This document shows, in pieces, positions 1 through 8,976 of a stretch of DNA of 64,000 nucleotides (position 1 is its first letter; every line of letters starts with the position of its first letter). The stretch covers positions 4,736-68,735 of the forward strand of contig JAGWOD010000001.1 of NCBI GenBank assembly GCA_028871115.1, given 5' to 3'. Origin of the DNA: Patescibacteria group bacterium. GTDB lineage: Bacteria > Patescibacteriota > Minisyncoccia > Phycocordibacterales > SBAW01. The notes under the pieces are model-generated. The model had not been told where the DNA came from. It made no database searches and saw only the letters and a program-made list of their open reading frames with translations. Position numbers and translations under genes: made by a program.

Positions 1-779
1 TGAAAGCGGTTGCAGAAGCGGCCAAGGAAGCGGGGCTCCCCGCCCTCGTTGGGCTCTCTGAAGGGGAGCGAAATTTCTTTCCTCTTGAACATGTCCGGGC
101 CATCATCGACCATTATCGCTCGCAGGGGATAGAGCTTTTCCTTAATGCCGACCATACCTACAGTATTGAGAAAGTACAGCAGGCGATAGTGGCAGGGTGC
201 GACAGTGTCATTATCGATGGTGCAAAGCTCCCGTTTGTACAAAACGCCCAGACTGCCGCAGCGTGTGTCAAATATGCTCGTGCCTCAGGCCGGGATGTTC
301 TTGTTGAAGGAGAGCTTGGCTACATCGGGCAATCCTCCGAAGTGGTCGATACTCTGCCTGCGGGCGCCGTCGCGACTGAGGCCATGATGACTAAGCCCGA
401 AGAGCTTAAAAAATTCGTTGATGAGACAGGACTTGATATGGCGGCCCCGGCGGTTGGCAATATCCACGGCATTGTGCGAAGCGGTAATCCCAAACTCTCC
501 ATTGTGCGTATCAAGGAACTCGCAGAGGCCGTTTCGATTCCTCTGGTTCTCCATGGAGGATCAGGGTCCTCGGACGAAGAGTTTTCAGGGGCGGTGCGTG
601 CGGGGATCGCTATCATTCACATCAATACTGATTTGAGGCTCACGTACCGCCACGGCATCGAGCGAAGCTTTGCGGCGCTCCCCAACGAAGTCGCCCCCTA
701 CAAGCTCTTCACCCCTGCGGTTGAAGATATGAAGTCCTACCTTGTACAAAAAATGCGTCTCTTTGCCGGCATAGAGTAA
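1..779 (+). CDS. fba: Fructose-bisphosphate aldolase, class II (5' partial; continues upstream of the window)
   Basis: The reading frame is open from nt 3. The translation (...NADHTYSIEKVQQAIVAGCDSVIIDG...LVLHGGSG...) matches the class II FBA / tagatose-bisphosphate aldolase family. The ORF-track start at 189 is an internal GTG. Confidence 0.8.
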   Translation, partial: KAVAEAAKEAGLPALVGLSEGERNFFPLEHVRAIIDHYRSQGIELFLNADHTYSIEKVQQAIVAGCDSVIIDGAKLPFVQNAQTAAACVKYARASGRDVLVEGELGYIGQSSEVVDTLPAGAVATEAMMTKPEELKKFVDETGLDMAAPAVGNIHGIVRSGNPKLSIVRIKELAEAVSIPLVLHGGSGSSDEEFSGAVRAGIAIIHINTDLRLTYRHGIERSFAALPNEVAPYKLFTPAVEDMKSYLVQKMRLFAGIE

Positions 780-810
780 TAGAGCGCTTCCTTCAGGGTA
801 GCGTTATGCC

Positions 811-839
811 TTGTCGGTCAAAGTACTTTTTGCTATAGT
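811..839 (+). promoter_or_regulatory. Putative sigma70-type promoter (TTGTCG-N17-TATAGT with TG extension) 9 nt upstream of the rplY ATG; probable leaderless or short-leader transcript
   Basis: ttgtcg at 811-816, tgctatagt at 831-839, ATG at 849, no Shine-Dalgarno sequence. Confidence 0.45.
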
Positions 840-848
840 CCTTCCGTT

Positions 849-1526
849 ATGACCGTGCTCAAGGCAGAGAAACGAGAGAGTGGCAAGGCAAAGGAGGCCC
901 GCAAGGGGGGGCTTCTGCCTGCGGTGGTCTATGGACGCAAAGAACCCTCTCAAGCCATTGCTATTTCACTCCTGGAATTTGAGAAAGCGCTTCACGAAGC
1001 GGGAGAAACATCAGTTATCGAGCTCCAGGGACTCGGCGCTTCCAAAGACGTTCTCATCCATGAGGTCACTTACGACGTACTTACCGGCCAGCCGCTCCAT
1101 GCGGATTTTTATGCAATTGAGAAAGGTCAGAAGGTTTCAGTTGCAGTGCCGCTTGAATTTGAAGGCGTTTCGCCTGCCGTGAAAGATCTCGGAGGCATTC
1201 TGGTCAAAGTCATGCATGAACTCGAGGTTGAAGGCGAACCCAAGCATCTCCCACGTGTGCTGCGTGTCAATATTGAATCGCTCGCGACGCTTGAGAGTCA
1301 AATACACGTAAAAGATCTGCCGCTCCCTTCAGGAGTTGTGCCTAAGGAAGATGCGGAGGAGGTGGTCGCCATGATCTCGGTTGCTAAGGAAGAGCCGGTT
1401 GAAGAGGTTCCTATGGACGTCTCTCAGATAGAGATGAGCGTCGAGCGCGGCAAGAAGGAAGAAGAGGGTGTGGAAGGTGCCGCCCCCGCTGCACCCGAGG
1501 CGAAAAAAGAGACTCCCAAGGCGTAG
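849..1526 (+). CDS. rplY: 50S ribosomal protein L25 / general stress protein Ctc
   Basis: The N-terminus (KAEKRESGKAKEARKGGLLPAVVYG) and overall length are typical of the L25/Ctc family, with an acidic C-terminal tail. Confidence 0.85.
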   Translation: MTVLKAEKRESGKAKEARKGGLLPAVVYGRKEPSQAIAISLLEFEKALHEAGETSVIELQGLGASKDVLIHEVTYDVLTGQPLHADFYAIEKGQKVSVAVPLEFEGVSPAVKDLGGILVKVMHELEVEGEPKHLPRVLRVNIESLATLESQIHVKDLPLPSGVVPKEDAEEVVAMISVAKEEPVEEVPMDVSQIEMSVERGKKEEEGVEGAAPAAPEAKKETPKA

Positions 1527-1596
1527 GGAGGCTACCTGCCCGTGAATATGTCAGAGCGCTCCACCGAGGGTGGGGCTTTTCATATATAATTGATCG

Positions 1597-2997
1597 ATGA
1601 ACACGGGATCCGCCCGCGCGGCGGCAGTTTTTTTTGCAGGCGCTTTCCTTGGCGCCGCACTATTACTGCCTGCTATAACCCTCGCACAGACGCCACCTAC
1701 CGTTGCATCAGAACAAGCGGCACTGCAGACACAGCTCAACGAAATAGATGCGCAGATAAGTGCTCTGCAGACTAGCCTCACGAGCACCGAGCAGCAGCAG
1801 ACCTCCCTTGAGCGCGATCTTGAGATCATCACGGATCAAATCCAGGAATCCCAGCTTGCCATTGAGCGCCGAAATCTCACCATCACGCAGCTCTCCCAGA
1901 GCATTCAACAAAAGGAGGATACTATCGCGGGACTCAATGATCAGCTGCAGGCAGAATATGCATCACTGGCAGCCATTTTACGCGAAGAAGATGAACTCGA
2001 TACGACCTCAGTCGTCGTAGCAGCGCTTACCTCTTCTTCACTGTCGAATTTCTTTGCGGACATTGACCAATTTGGTGCCATAAACGAGAGTATGCAGCAG
2101 TCTTTTACGGATATTCAGAGCAGCACCAAGCTCAATGAGCAGGCGAAGTCAGACCTTGAGGATCAGCTTGGCCAAGAGACCCAACTCCTGCAGGTCCAGC
2201 AACTCCAGCAGGAGCAACTGCAACAACAGGAAAATCAGAAGAACCAGATTCTTACAGCTACTAAAGGGCAAGCACAGGCGTACCAGTCACTCATTACTTC
2301 CAAGCAGCAGACTGCTTCCCAAATCCAGGCTGCCCTTTTTAGTCTTACAGGGGCTCATGCGATTTCCTTCGCACAGGCACTCCAGTATGCACAGCTCGCG
2401 GAGCAAAAAACAGGCATACGACCGGCGTTTCTTCTCGGAATCATAAAAGAAGAGAGCAATCTCGGACAGAACGTAGGGACGGGTAACTGGCAGACTGACA
2501 TGAATCCGACTCGAGATGCACCTATTTTTGCAGCAATCACCCGTTCACTCGGTCTTGATCCCGATACGATGCCTGTCTCGAAAAAACAATGGTACGGATG
2601 GGGCGGGGCCATGGGACCTGCACAATTTATTCCCTCTACATGGGCGCTCTATGCAGGCTACAGTGCTCCCGACTGGACCTACAACCCCGCGAATGATCGT
2701 ATCGGTGCGCTCACGGGCAACCACCCTCCCAATCCTTGGAATCCTGAGGATGCATTTATGGCAGCCGCTCTCTATCTCACTGACGATGGAGCGGCAGCAC
2801 AGACACCACGCTCTGAATTCATAGCAGCCATGTGTTATCTCGCGGGCTGCAGCGGGGTTAGTAACAAAAGCCTCCAGTTTTACGGCAATCAGGTACTCTG
2901 CAATGAGCTCGGGTATCAGCAGGACATCGATATCATAGACGGCACGCATGATGCCGCGGCCATGGAGCAAAATACCCTCTACTACGGTCAGTGCTAG
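1597..2997 (+). CDS. Membrane-anchored lytic transglycosylase with a long Gln-rich coiled-coil N-terminal region
   Basis: N-terminal signal/TM, then ~250 aa of coiled coil, then an SLT/MltB-like domain ([10 protein letters not shown]..., [13 protein letters not shown]). Confidence 0.6.
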   Translation: MNTGSARAAAVFFAGAFLGAALLLPAITLAQTPPTVASEQAALQTQLNEIDAQISALQTSLTSTEQQQTSLERDLEIITDQIQESQLAIERRNLTITQLSQSIQQKEDTIAGLNDQLQAEYASLAAILREEDELDTTSVVVAALTSSSLSNFFADIDQFGAINESMQQSFTDIQSSTKLNEQAKSDLEDQLGQETQLLQVQQLQQEQLQQQENQKNQILTATKGQAQAYQSLITSKQQTASQIQAALFSLTGAHAISFAQALQYAQLAEQKTGIRPAFLLGIIKEESNLGQNVGTGNWQTDMNPTRDAPIFAAITRSLGLDPDTMPVSKKQWYGWGGAMGPAQFIPSTWALYAGYSAPDWTYNPANDRIGALTGNHPPNPWNPEDAFMAAALYLTDDGAAAQTPRSEFIAAMCYLAGCSGVSNKSLQFYGNQVLCNELGYQQDIDIIDGTHDAAAMEQNTLYYGQC

Positions 2998-3034
2998 ATT
3001 GCCTCGTCGGCAGTTCGATGCTATGATGCGGCGC

Positions 3035-3253
3035 ATGAAAGTGGATACCCACCCGACATATTTCCCGGACGCCAAGGTCGTATGCGCCTGCGGCGCTCAT
3101 TTCAGCGTGGGCTCAACCAAAGAGAAGATCGAGGTTGAAATCTGCAGCTCTTGCCACCCTTTCTATACGGGCAACGAGAAGATACTCGATACTGCTGGTC
3201 GCGTCGAAAAATTCAAGGCGCGCCGGGCAGCCGCCACCAAGAAATCCAAGTAG
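3035..3253 (+). CDS. rpmE: 50S ribosomal protein L31 (zinc-binding type)
   Basis: [10 protein letters not shown]...CACGAHF...[10 protein letters not shown] is the L31 signature. The ORF-track start at 2948 overlaps the upstream gene, so the start is placed at the ATG at 3035. Confidence 0.85.
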   Translation: MKVDTHPTYFPDAKVVCACGAHFSVGSTKEKIEVEICSSCHPFYTGNEKILDTAGRVEKFKARRAAATKKSK

Positions 3254-3307
3254 GTAGCATGGGCCGCTTTTCACCCTGCGCTGCAGGGGAGTGGGCGGTC
3301 ACCCTAT

Positions 3308-4282
3308 ATGAGCGAGGACCTCTCCCGCTACAAGGAACACCATAAAACTGCCTATCTTGCAGCGGCCTATGAGCGTCTGCTTGAGGAGGAAAGGCAACTG
3401 CGCGAGCTCTCTACTGCGGAGGATCTAGGCGATCTCGCGCGCGATGACCTCTCCCGCATTGCAGAACAAAAGGAAGTCTTGCGGGCGCAGATGGAGGGGA
3501 TTTTGAAGGAAGATGAAGCAGAGGAAGAATCGCCCAACGAGGTGATTCTTGAAGTGCGCGCGGGAGTGGGAGGCGGGGAAGCGGCGCTTTTTGCTGCAGA
3601 GCTCGCGACGATGTATCGCAGCTACGCGGGACTGAGGGGTTGGAGCGTGAGTGTGCTTTCCGAGAGTAAGACAGACCTTGGCGGATACAAAGAGGCCGTA
3701 TTTGAGCTTCATGGTAAGGGGGTGTATCAGCGGCTCAAATTCGAGACCGGAGTACACCGCATTCAGCGCGTTCCCGAAACCGAAAAGAGCGGGAGGGTAC
3801 ATACATCGACCGCTTCAATTGTCATTCTTCCGATCCGAAAAAAACACACCATCGTCATTAATCCAGCCGATATCGATATGGAATTCTCCCGCTCCGGCGG
3901 AGCCGGTGGCCAAAACGTCAATAAAGTAGAGACGGCAGTGCGCCTTGTCCACCGTCCGTCGGGAATCGATGCCCGCTCGCAGAGTGAGCGTAGTCAGGCT
4001 GCAAACCGTGAGCATGCCATGCAGGTACTTCTTGCCAAGCTCGAACGATTGCAGGAAGAAGAGGATGCGAAGAAACACGCGGCGGAGCGCAAAGATCAGA
4101 TTGGCACCGGCGATCGATCTGAGAAGATCCGCACCTATAACATTCTTCAGGATCGAGTGACGGATCACCGTCTCAAGGAATCCTGGCATAATCTTCCCTC
4201 TATATTTAAAGGGAACCTCGATCCTATTCTTGATGCACTCTCACAAGCCGAAGAGGGTAGCGCGGGCGTTGCGAAAACATAA
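3308..4282 (+). CDS. prfA: Peptide chain release factor 1
   Basis: GGQ motif ([11 protein letters not shown]) and an RF1-type domain 2/3 ([14 protein letters not shown]). Confidence 0.9.
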   Translation: MSEDLSRYKEHHKTAYLAAAYERLLEEERQLRELSTAEDLGDLARDDLSRIAEQKEVLRAQMEGILKEDEAEEESPNEVILEVRAGVGGGEAALFAAELATMYRSYAGLRGWSVSVLSESKTDLGGYKEAVFELHGKGVYQRLKFETGVHRIQRVPETEKSGRVHTSTASIVILPIRKKHTIVINPADIDMEFSRSGGAGGQNVNKVETAVRLVHRPSGIDARSQSERSQAANREHAMQVLLAKLERLQEEEDAKKHAAERKDQIGTGDRSEKIRTYNILQDRVTDHRLKESWHNLPSIFKGNLDPILDALSQAEEGSAGVAKT

Positions 4283-4317
4283 GGCCCGTGCTATCTTTTT
4301 GTGGTCTCGAAGCCGGT

Positions 4318-5043
4318 ATGGCAGCAAAAACGCAAGAAAAAAATAATCCACTCATTGATAAGCTCTTCTCGGCAGGGGCGCATTTTGGCTATACCAAAAC
4401 ACGTCGCCATCCATCGGTATCGCGCTTTATTTTTGGCTCAAAAGGGAGCGTTGAGCTCTTCAACCTCGAACAAACTGCAGCCTGTCTTGAAAATGCATTA
4501 GGAGTGCTGAAGGATTTTGCGTCAAAGCGCCAGACGGTGCTCTTCGTCGGTGCTAAGGCGGAAGCCCGCGGGGCTCTTGAGCGTGTGGCGCGCCGCCTCA
4601 ATCAGCCGTATGTCTCCGGTCGCTGGATTGGAGGAACGCTCACCAACTGGAGCGAGGTTAAGAAGCGTCTCGCACGTCTCGCGGAGCTTACCACTATGCG
4701 CGATAAGGGAGAGCTTACAAAATTTACTAAGCTGGAGCGGCTTCTCATCGATCGTGAAATCACTGATCTCGAGGCTATGTTCGGAGGGCTACGAGGTCTT
4801 GAGCGACCGCCGGCGGCGCTCTTTGTTGTCGACCCGCGCCACGAACATACTGCGGTTACCGAAGCGCGCAAAATGGGCCTTCCCGTCATTGCGCTTATGA
4901 ACTCTGACTGTGATGCTTCAGAGATTGCGCATCCTATCCCCGGCAATGATGCATCACGCCAGACAATCGAGTTTGTTCTTGAAGAGGTAGCAAAAGCATT
5001 TGAGGCGGGGGGAGTGGCGGCAGCGCAAGCCGCTTCGGTATAA
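4318..5043 (+). CDS. rpsB: 30S ribosomal protein S2
   Basis: MAAKTQEKNNPLIDKLFSAGAHFGYTKTRRHP is the S2 N-terminal signature. The ORF-track start at 4288 is an upstream GTG. Confidence 0.9.
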   Translation: MAAKTQEKNNPLIDKLFSAGAHFGYTKTRRHPSVSRFIFGSKGSVELFNLEQTAACLENALGVLKDFASKRQTVLFVGAKAEARGALERVARRLNQPYVSGRWIGGTLTNWSEVKKRLARLAELTTMRDKGELTKFTKLERLLIDREITDLEAMFGGLRGLERPPAALFVVDPRHEHTAVTEARKMGLPVIALMNSDCDASEIAHPIPGNDASRQTIEFVLEEVAKAFEAGGVAAAQAASV

Positions 5044-5061
5044 GGGTACATTAAGATTTGT

Positions 5062-5646
5062 ATGGCAATCACGGCGGAAGCAGTGAAGGAACTTCGCGAT
5101 AGGACGGGCCTCTCCGTCATGCAGTGCAAGAAGGCGCTTGAGGAGGCTAAGGGCGATCTTAACAAAGCGCTCGATATTCTTTCGCGCAAGAGCGCGGATG
5201 TCGCCCGCAAAAAAGGAGACCGCGCGCTTGGGGCGGGGGCTGTTGCAAGCTACATCCACGGCAACCACCAGGTGGGCGCTATGGTGCTCCTCTCCTGCGA
5301 GACCGATTTTGTCTCTAAAAACGAAGCTTTTATCTCTCTTGCTCGTGACATCGCAATGCATGCAGCAGCGACACGTCCCGAACATATACGCCAAAGCGAT
5401 GTTTCGCAGAGCGCCCTTGAGAAGCTTCGCGAGATCTTCGCACCTGAAGCGAGCGGCAAGCCTGCGAATATACAGGAAAAGGTTATCGACGGAAAAGTTT
5501 CTGCTCGTCTGAAAGAGACCGTCTTGCTCCTGCAGCCCTTTATCAAGGATGATTCAAAGACGATTCAAGACCTCATCGACGCTGCTTCCCATAAGTTCGG
5601 GGAACGCATTGAAGTGTCAAAATGTGCTTATTTCTCCGTGAAATAG
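5062..5646 (+). CDS. tsf: Elongation factor Ts (short form)
   Basis: AITAEAVKELRDRTGLSVMQCKKALEEAKGDLNKALDIL is the EF-Ts N-terminal UBA-like motif. The rpsB-tsf synteny is conserved. Confidence 0.9.
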   Translation: MAITAEAVKELRDRTGLSVMQCKKALEEAKGDLNKALDILSRKSADVARKKGDRALGAGAVASYIHGNHQVGAMVLLSCETDFVSKNEAFISLARDIAMHAAATRPEHIRQSDVSQSALEKLREIFAPEASGKPANIQEKVIDGKVSARLKETVLLLQPFIKDDSKTIQDLIDAASHKFGERIEVSKCAYFSVK

Positions 5647-5691
5647 GACTATCCCTTTGGGTCCCAAAACGTGCTAAAGTAGATAGATACT

Positions 5692-6096
5692 ATGGTGATA
5701 TTCCTTACGGCGGTGCTTCTGTGCTCTTCTTTGGGGATGGTGCTTCTTTTAGCCATTAAGCATTGGGAAGTCTCAAAAGATCGAATGCTCTTTAGATCAA
5801 CGCGGGCACAAGTTAATGAATCCTTTGCAATCTACCTTAATTTCTTCGCCTCACGTCTGCCTTCTCTGGCTCAAGAAAAAGGAAGAACTCATATAGAGGC
5901 TGTGGAAGTATGGTGTAAGGGAATGCTTGCTCGGGTACTACTCAAGGCTGAGGGGGTACTCGAAAGAATGCTCCGCACCCTCAAGCAAACTACGGCTCCG
6001 CATTCGGCTCAGGGACAAGTTTCCGCGTTCCTCCAGGAGATTGCGGAGCATAAGCGCACTCTTGCGCACACACGCGAGCACTCTCTCGCGCGGTAG
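5692..6096 (+). CDS. Hypothetical membrane-anchored protein
   Basis: ORF with an N-terminal hydrophobic segment and no recognisable family. A TGCTAAAGT -10-like element lies 12 nt upstream. Confidence 0.35.
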   Translation: MVIFLTAVLLCSSLGMVLLLAIKHWEVSKDRMLFRSTRAQVNESFAIYLNFFASRLPSLAQEKGRTHIEAVEVWCKGMLARVLLKAEGVLERMLRTLKQTTAPHSAQGQVSAFLQEIAEHKRTLAHTREHSLAR

Positions 6097-6107
6097 TATA
6101 CATCTCT

Positions 6108-6179
6108 GCCGGCATAGCTCAGTGGTAGAGCAGCGCTTTTGTAAAGCGTTGGTCGGGGGTTCAAATCCCTCTGCCGGCT
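6108..6179 (+). tRNA. tRNA-Thr (anticodon UGU)
   Basis: Cloverleaf: acceptor GCCGGCA/TGCCGGC, D-arm GCTC-AGTGGTA-GAGC, anticodon stem GCGCT/AGCGT with loop TTTGTAA (anticodon TGT), T-arm GGGGG-TTCAAAT-CCCTC, discriminator T. Confidence 0.85.
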
Positions 6180-6185
6180 CAGAAA

Positions 6186-6893
6186 TTAGAATTCCGTATT
6201 GGCGGTCGGGGAAGAAGTAGGCGTTGTTGTCGAAAGTTTTGCTATCCCGGGTGCTATTTTCAGAATATCATCGACACTTTTGAATCCGTAGACCGGTAGA
6301 CGGCTGTTGATGATGAGAGCAGGCAGCGTAGGCGCAATGGTGTGAAGTTCGATGAGCGTCTTGAGGGCTGAGAGGTCGAGATGGTAATCAAATGAATAGA
6401 CGCGCAGGGTCGGATACGTTTCCCGCAGGTAGGTGAGAACATCTCCTTCCTCTCCACAGCTACTGCAATCGCCTGCGTTGGAATAGAAATACAGAATGTA
6501 GATTGGGTGCGTACCGCACTGCATGGAGAGTTTCTCCAAAAGGAGATAATCCTGAATCTCAAGGAGTGAGTACTGTTCCTTAAGTTGGATCACCTGGGAA
6601 TTTTCAGACCCGAGTGTGTCTTCCGCGTAGGTGAGCTGATTGGCGAGAGTATTGAGCTCATCGGAGAGCACGGGATTTCCTTCATTGGAGCTTGCATAGG
6701 AGCAGGTAAGCGATCCCAGGAGTTCATACTGGGTCTCGCTCGACTGAAGATCTATGGATATTTGATCCTCCGTTGCGCGGATGTCAGCAACACGAGCTTC
6801 ATTGAAGAGGTAAGCGACGTAAAAAGCAGTCCCAAAAATAGCCGCCGTTATAAAAAGCGCGAGGGTGTATCGTCTCCAGCCTGAAAAAGTCAT
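6186..6893 (-). CDS. Membrane-anchored thioredoxin-fold protein (CSSC motif)
   Basis: N-terminal TM. A thioredoxin-like ILYFYSNAGDCSSCGEEGD motif is present. Confidence 0.45.
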   Translation of the reverse strand: MTFSGWRRYTLALFITAAIFGTAFYVAYLFNEARVADIRATEDQISIDLQSSETQYELLGSLTCSYASSNEGNPVLSDELNTLANQLTYAEDTLGSENSQVIQLKEQYSLLEIQDYLLLEKLSMQCGTHPIYILYFYSNAGDCSSCGEEGDVLTYLRETYPTLRVYSFDYHLDLSALKTLIELHTIAPTLPALIINSRLPVYGFKSVDDILKIAPGIAKLSTTTPTSSPTANTEF

Positions 6894-6940
6894 ACGGTAA
6901 GGGATCCTAGCGGTATCTCGTCACTCCTGCAAGTGTTCTC

Positions 6941-8170
6941 CTAGCGCCAGCGGCTTTCACGGGAGCGCACAGCTCCCCAGGCTGCGTTCGCGAGCCATAG
7001 CGGGGCGACAAGTCCATAAATAGTAAAATAGGAAACAATTGACCATATCCCAAAGTTTGCTCCGGCAATGCGTCGTCCGATGAGCACTGCCGCGAGAGTA
7101 GTGCAGACCGTTGCAATAACAAGAAGCGTCATAGTGCTGGTATTGAAATAGAACCAGTCCAGTGAAAAGTGAGGAACCTGCATGGGAATCTTCTCAACCA
7201 TAAAGACCTGTGCTTCCGCTACTATCCAAGAAACTATCCGATAGAGGACGAATGCGGCCCCGTAGAGTCCTCCGAGAAACATTACAAGAAGGAAGGGCAA
7301 GACCAGAGTTCCGAAATGTCCGTAGCGGCGGTTAAAATACATATAGCGATAGTCCCGCGAGTTCTGAAGAAATCCTTGTGACCACCGCGTCCGCTGGCGC
7401 ACCAAGGAGCGCACCGTGCGAGGAACATTGGTGTACACGACCGAGGTATGCGCATTCTCGATACGCAGGCCGTAGGCGTGCATACGAAACGCCATTTCCA
7501 TATCCTCCGTGTTATGGGCGTGGCGGAATGGACCCGTTATAGAAAACATTTCCCGCCGATAAATAGAAAATGGTCCCGGCAGGACCGAAATAGCCGAGAT
7601 ATTATCGAACATCTTGCGGTAGAAAATACCAAAGGTGTATTCAACCGCCTGCATAAGTTCAAGCAAATTGCGGGGCCGATTCACCTTCATGGCAGGCACT
7701 ACTGCCATAGTCTTGGGATTTTCTTCGAATTTCTTCACTGATTCGATAAGCGCGTCCGGGACCACGAAGGAATCGGCGTCGAGACACCCCACGAGTTCAC
7801 TCTTGGAATGCTCAATACCCGTGTTCAGTGCTGTGTATTTTCCGCCATTCTTTTTGGAGAGTACGTGCACTTGAGGATTTGAGGCGAATTGCTCTGCGAT
7901 AGCAAGCGTACTATCGGTTGATCCGTCGTTGACGACGATAATAGAGAGCTTGTCCTTGGGGTATTCAAGGGAGAGGAGCGATTTCAAAGTGCCTGCGAGT
8001 GTGCGCTCTTCATTCCAGCAAGGCACGATGATCGAAACGGAAGGATAGCGCAGTGGTCGAGCTACGGTCTTTACTGTTGGGCGTTTTTCAAAAAAAGTAA
8101 TGAGGAGGAATACCTCGAAGTAGAGGCCGAGGAATAGGAAAAAATATATGCCGATCTGCCCGAACGCCAT
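6941..8170 (-). CDS. Family 2 glycosyltransferase, processive membrane-integrated type (PgaC/NodC/cellulose-synthase-like)
   Basis: IIVPCWNEE...VNDGSTD...DAD...QRTRWSQG (QxxRW) with N- and C-terminal TM segments. Confidence 0.8.
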   Translation of the reverse strand: MAFGQIGIYFFLFLGLYFEVFLLITFFEKRPTVKTVARPLRYPSVSIIVPCWNEERTLAGTLKSLLSLEYPKDKLSIIVVNDGSTDSTLAIAEQFASNPQVHVLSKKNGGKYTALNTGIEHSKSELVGCLDADSFVVPDALIESVKKFEENPKTMAVVPAMKVNRPRNLLELMQAVEYTFGIFYRKMFDNISAISVLPGPFSIYRREMFSITGPFRHAHNTEDMEMAFRMHAYGLRIENAHTSVVYTNVPRTVRSLVRQRTRWSQGFLQNSRDYRYMYFNRRYGHFGTLVLPFLLVMFLGGLYGAAFVLYRIVSWIVAEAQVFMVEKIPMQVPHFSLDWFYFNTSTMTLLVIATVCTTLAAVLIGRRIAGANFGIWSIVSYFTIYGLVAPLWLANAAWGAVRSRESRWR

Positions 8171-8211
8171 GGGTGGGATTCTAGCACTTTTATGGCTATA
8201 CTGAAAGGGTT

Positions 8212-8976
8212 ATGACACCTGCGCGGTTAAGGGAAGATGAAGGGGCTCCCGTGCGCGGCCACTTCCATCCCATCTCCTCGCTCATTGCTGAGGCGAACCA
8301 GATTTTTTATGCCATGGGGTTTACCTTCGCCGAAGGGCCACTTGTCGAACATGAGTGGTACAACTTTGATGCCCTCAATGTTCCCAAGGATCATCCGGCG
8401 CGCGATATGCAGGACACGTTCTACCTTGGAGGTGAAACGGGTATGCTTATGCGCACGCATACCTCCAATGTCCAAATTCGCTACATGGAGGCACAGATGA
8501 AAAAAGGAATGCTTCCGCCTTATCGCATGATCACTATGGGTAAAGTATTCCGCAACGAGGCGACCGACATGACCCATGAAGCGGAATTTTTCCAGATGGA
8601 AGGTCTTGCGGTAGGAGAGGATATTACGCTCGCACATCTGCGTGATACGCTGTCACGTTTTTTTGCGGAGGTATTCAAGGGCGGCGTCGAGGTACGGTTT
8701 CGTCCCAGTTTTTTCCCTTTTACTGAGCCATCCGTCGAAGTAGATATGCGTCTTACCTCACCGGAGGCCCCAGAGAAATTGCGTGGGCGCTGGATCGAGA
8801 TGATGGGTGCGGGGATGGTGCATCCCAACGTGCTTACAAACGCAGGAATCGATTCCTCGCGATACCGCGGATTTGCCTTTGGCATGGGGCTCGATCGTCT
8901 GGCGCTCTTGCGGTGGGGAATTGAAGATGTACGCCTGATGCATTCTGGAGATCTTCGATTTATTAATCAATTTTAG
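8212..8976 (+). CDS. pheS: Phenylalanine--tRNA ligase alpha subunit (short, catalytic core only)
   Basis: Class II motifs (FRPSFFPFTEPS, GAGMVHPNVL, FAFGMGLDRLA) are present. At 254 aa it lacks the usual N-terminal helical extension. Confidence 0.9.
   Translation: MTPARLREDEGAPVRGHFHPISSLIAEANQIFYAMGFTFAEGPLVEHEWYNFDALNVPKDHPARDMQDTFYLGGETGMLMRTHTSNVQIRYMEAQMKKGMLPPYRMITMGKVFRNEATDMTHEAEFFQMEGLAVGEDITLAHLRDTLSRFFAEVFKGGVEVRFRPSFFPFTEPSVEVDMRLTSPEAPEKLRGRWIEMMGAGMVHPNVLTNAGIDSSRYRGFAFGMGLDRLALLRWGIEDVRLMHSGDLRFINQF

Noticed and set aside
189-779. ORF-track start of the aldolase at GTG 189
   Set aside because: The frame is open and aldolase-like (…NADHTYSIEKVQQAIVAGC…) all the way to nt 3. 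The gene is 5'-truncated by the window, not starting at 189.
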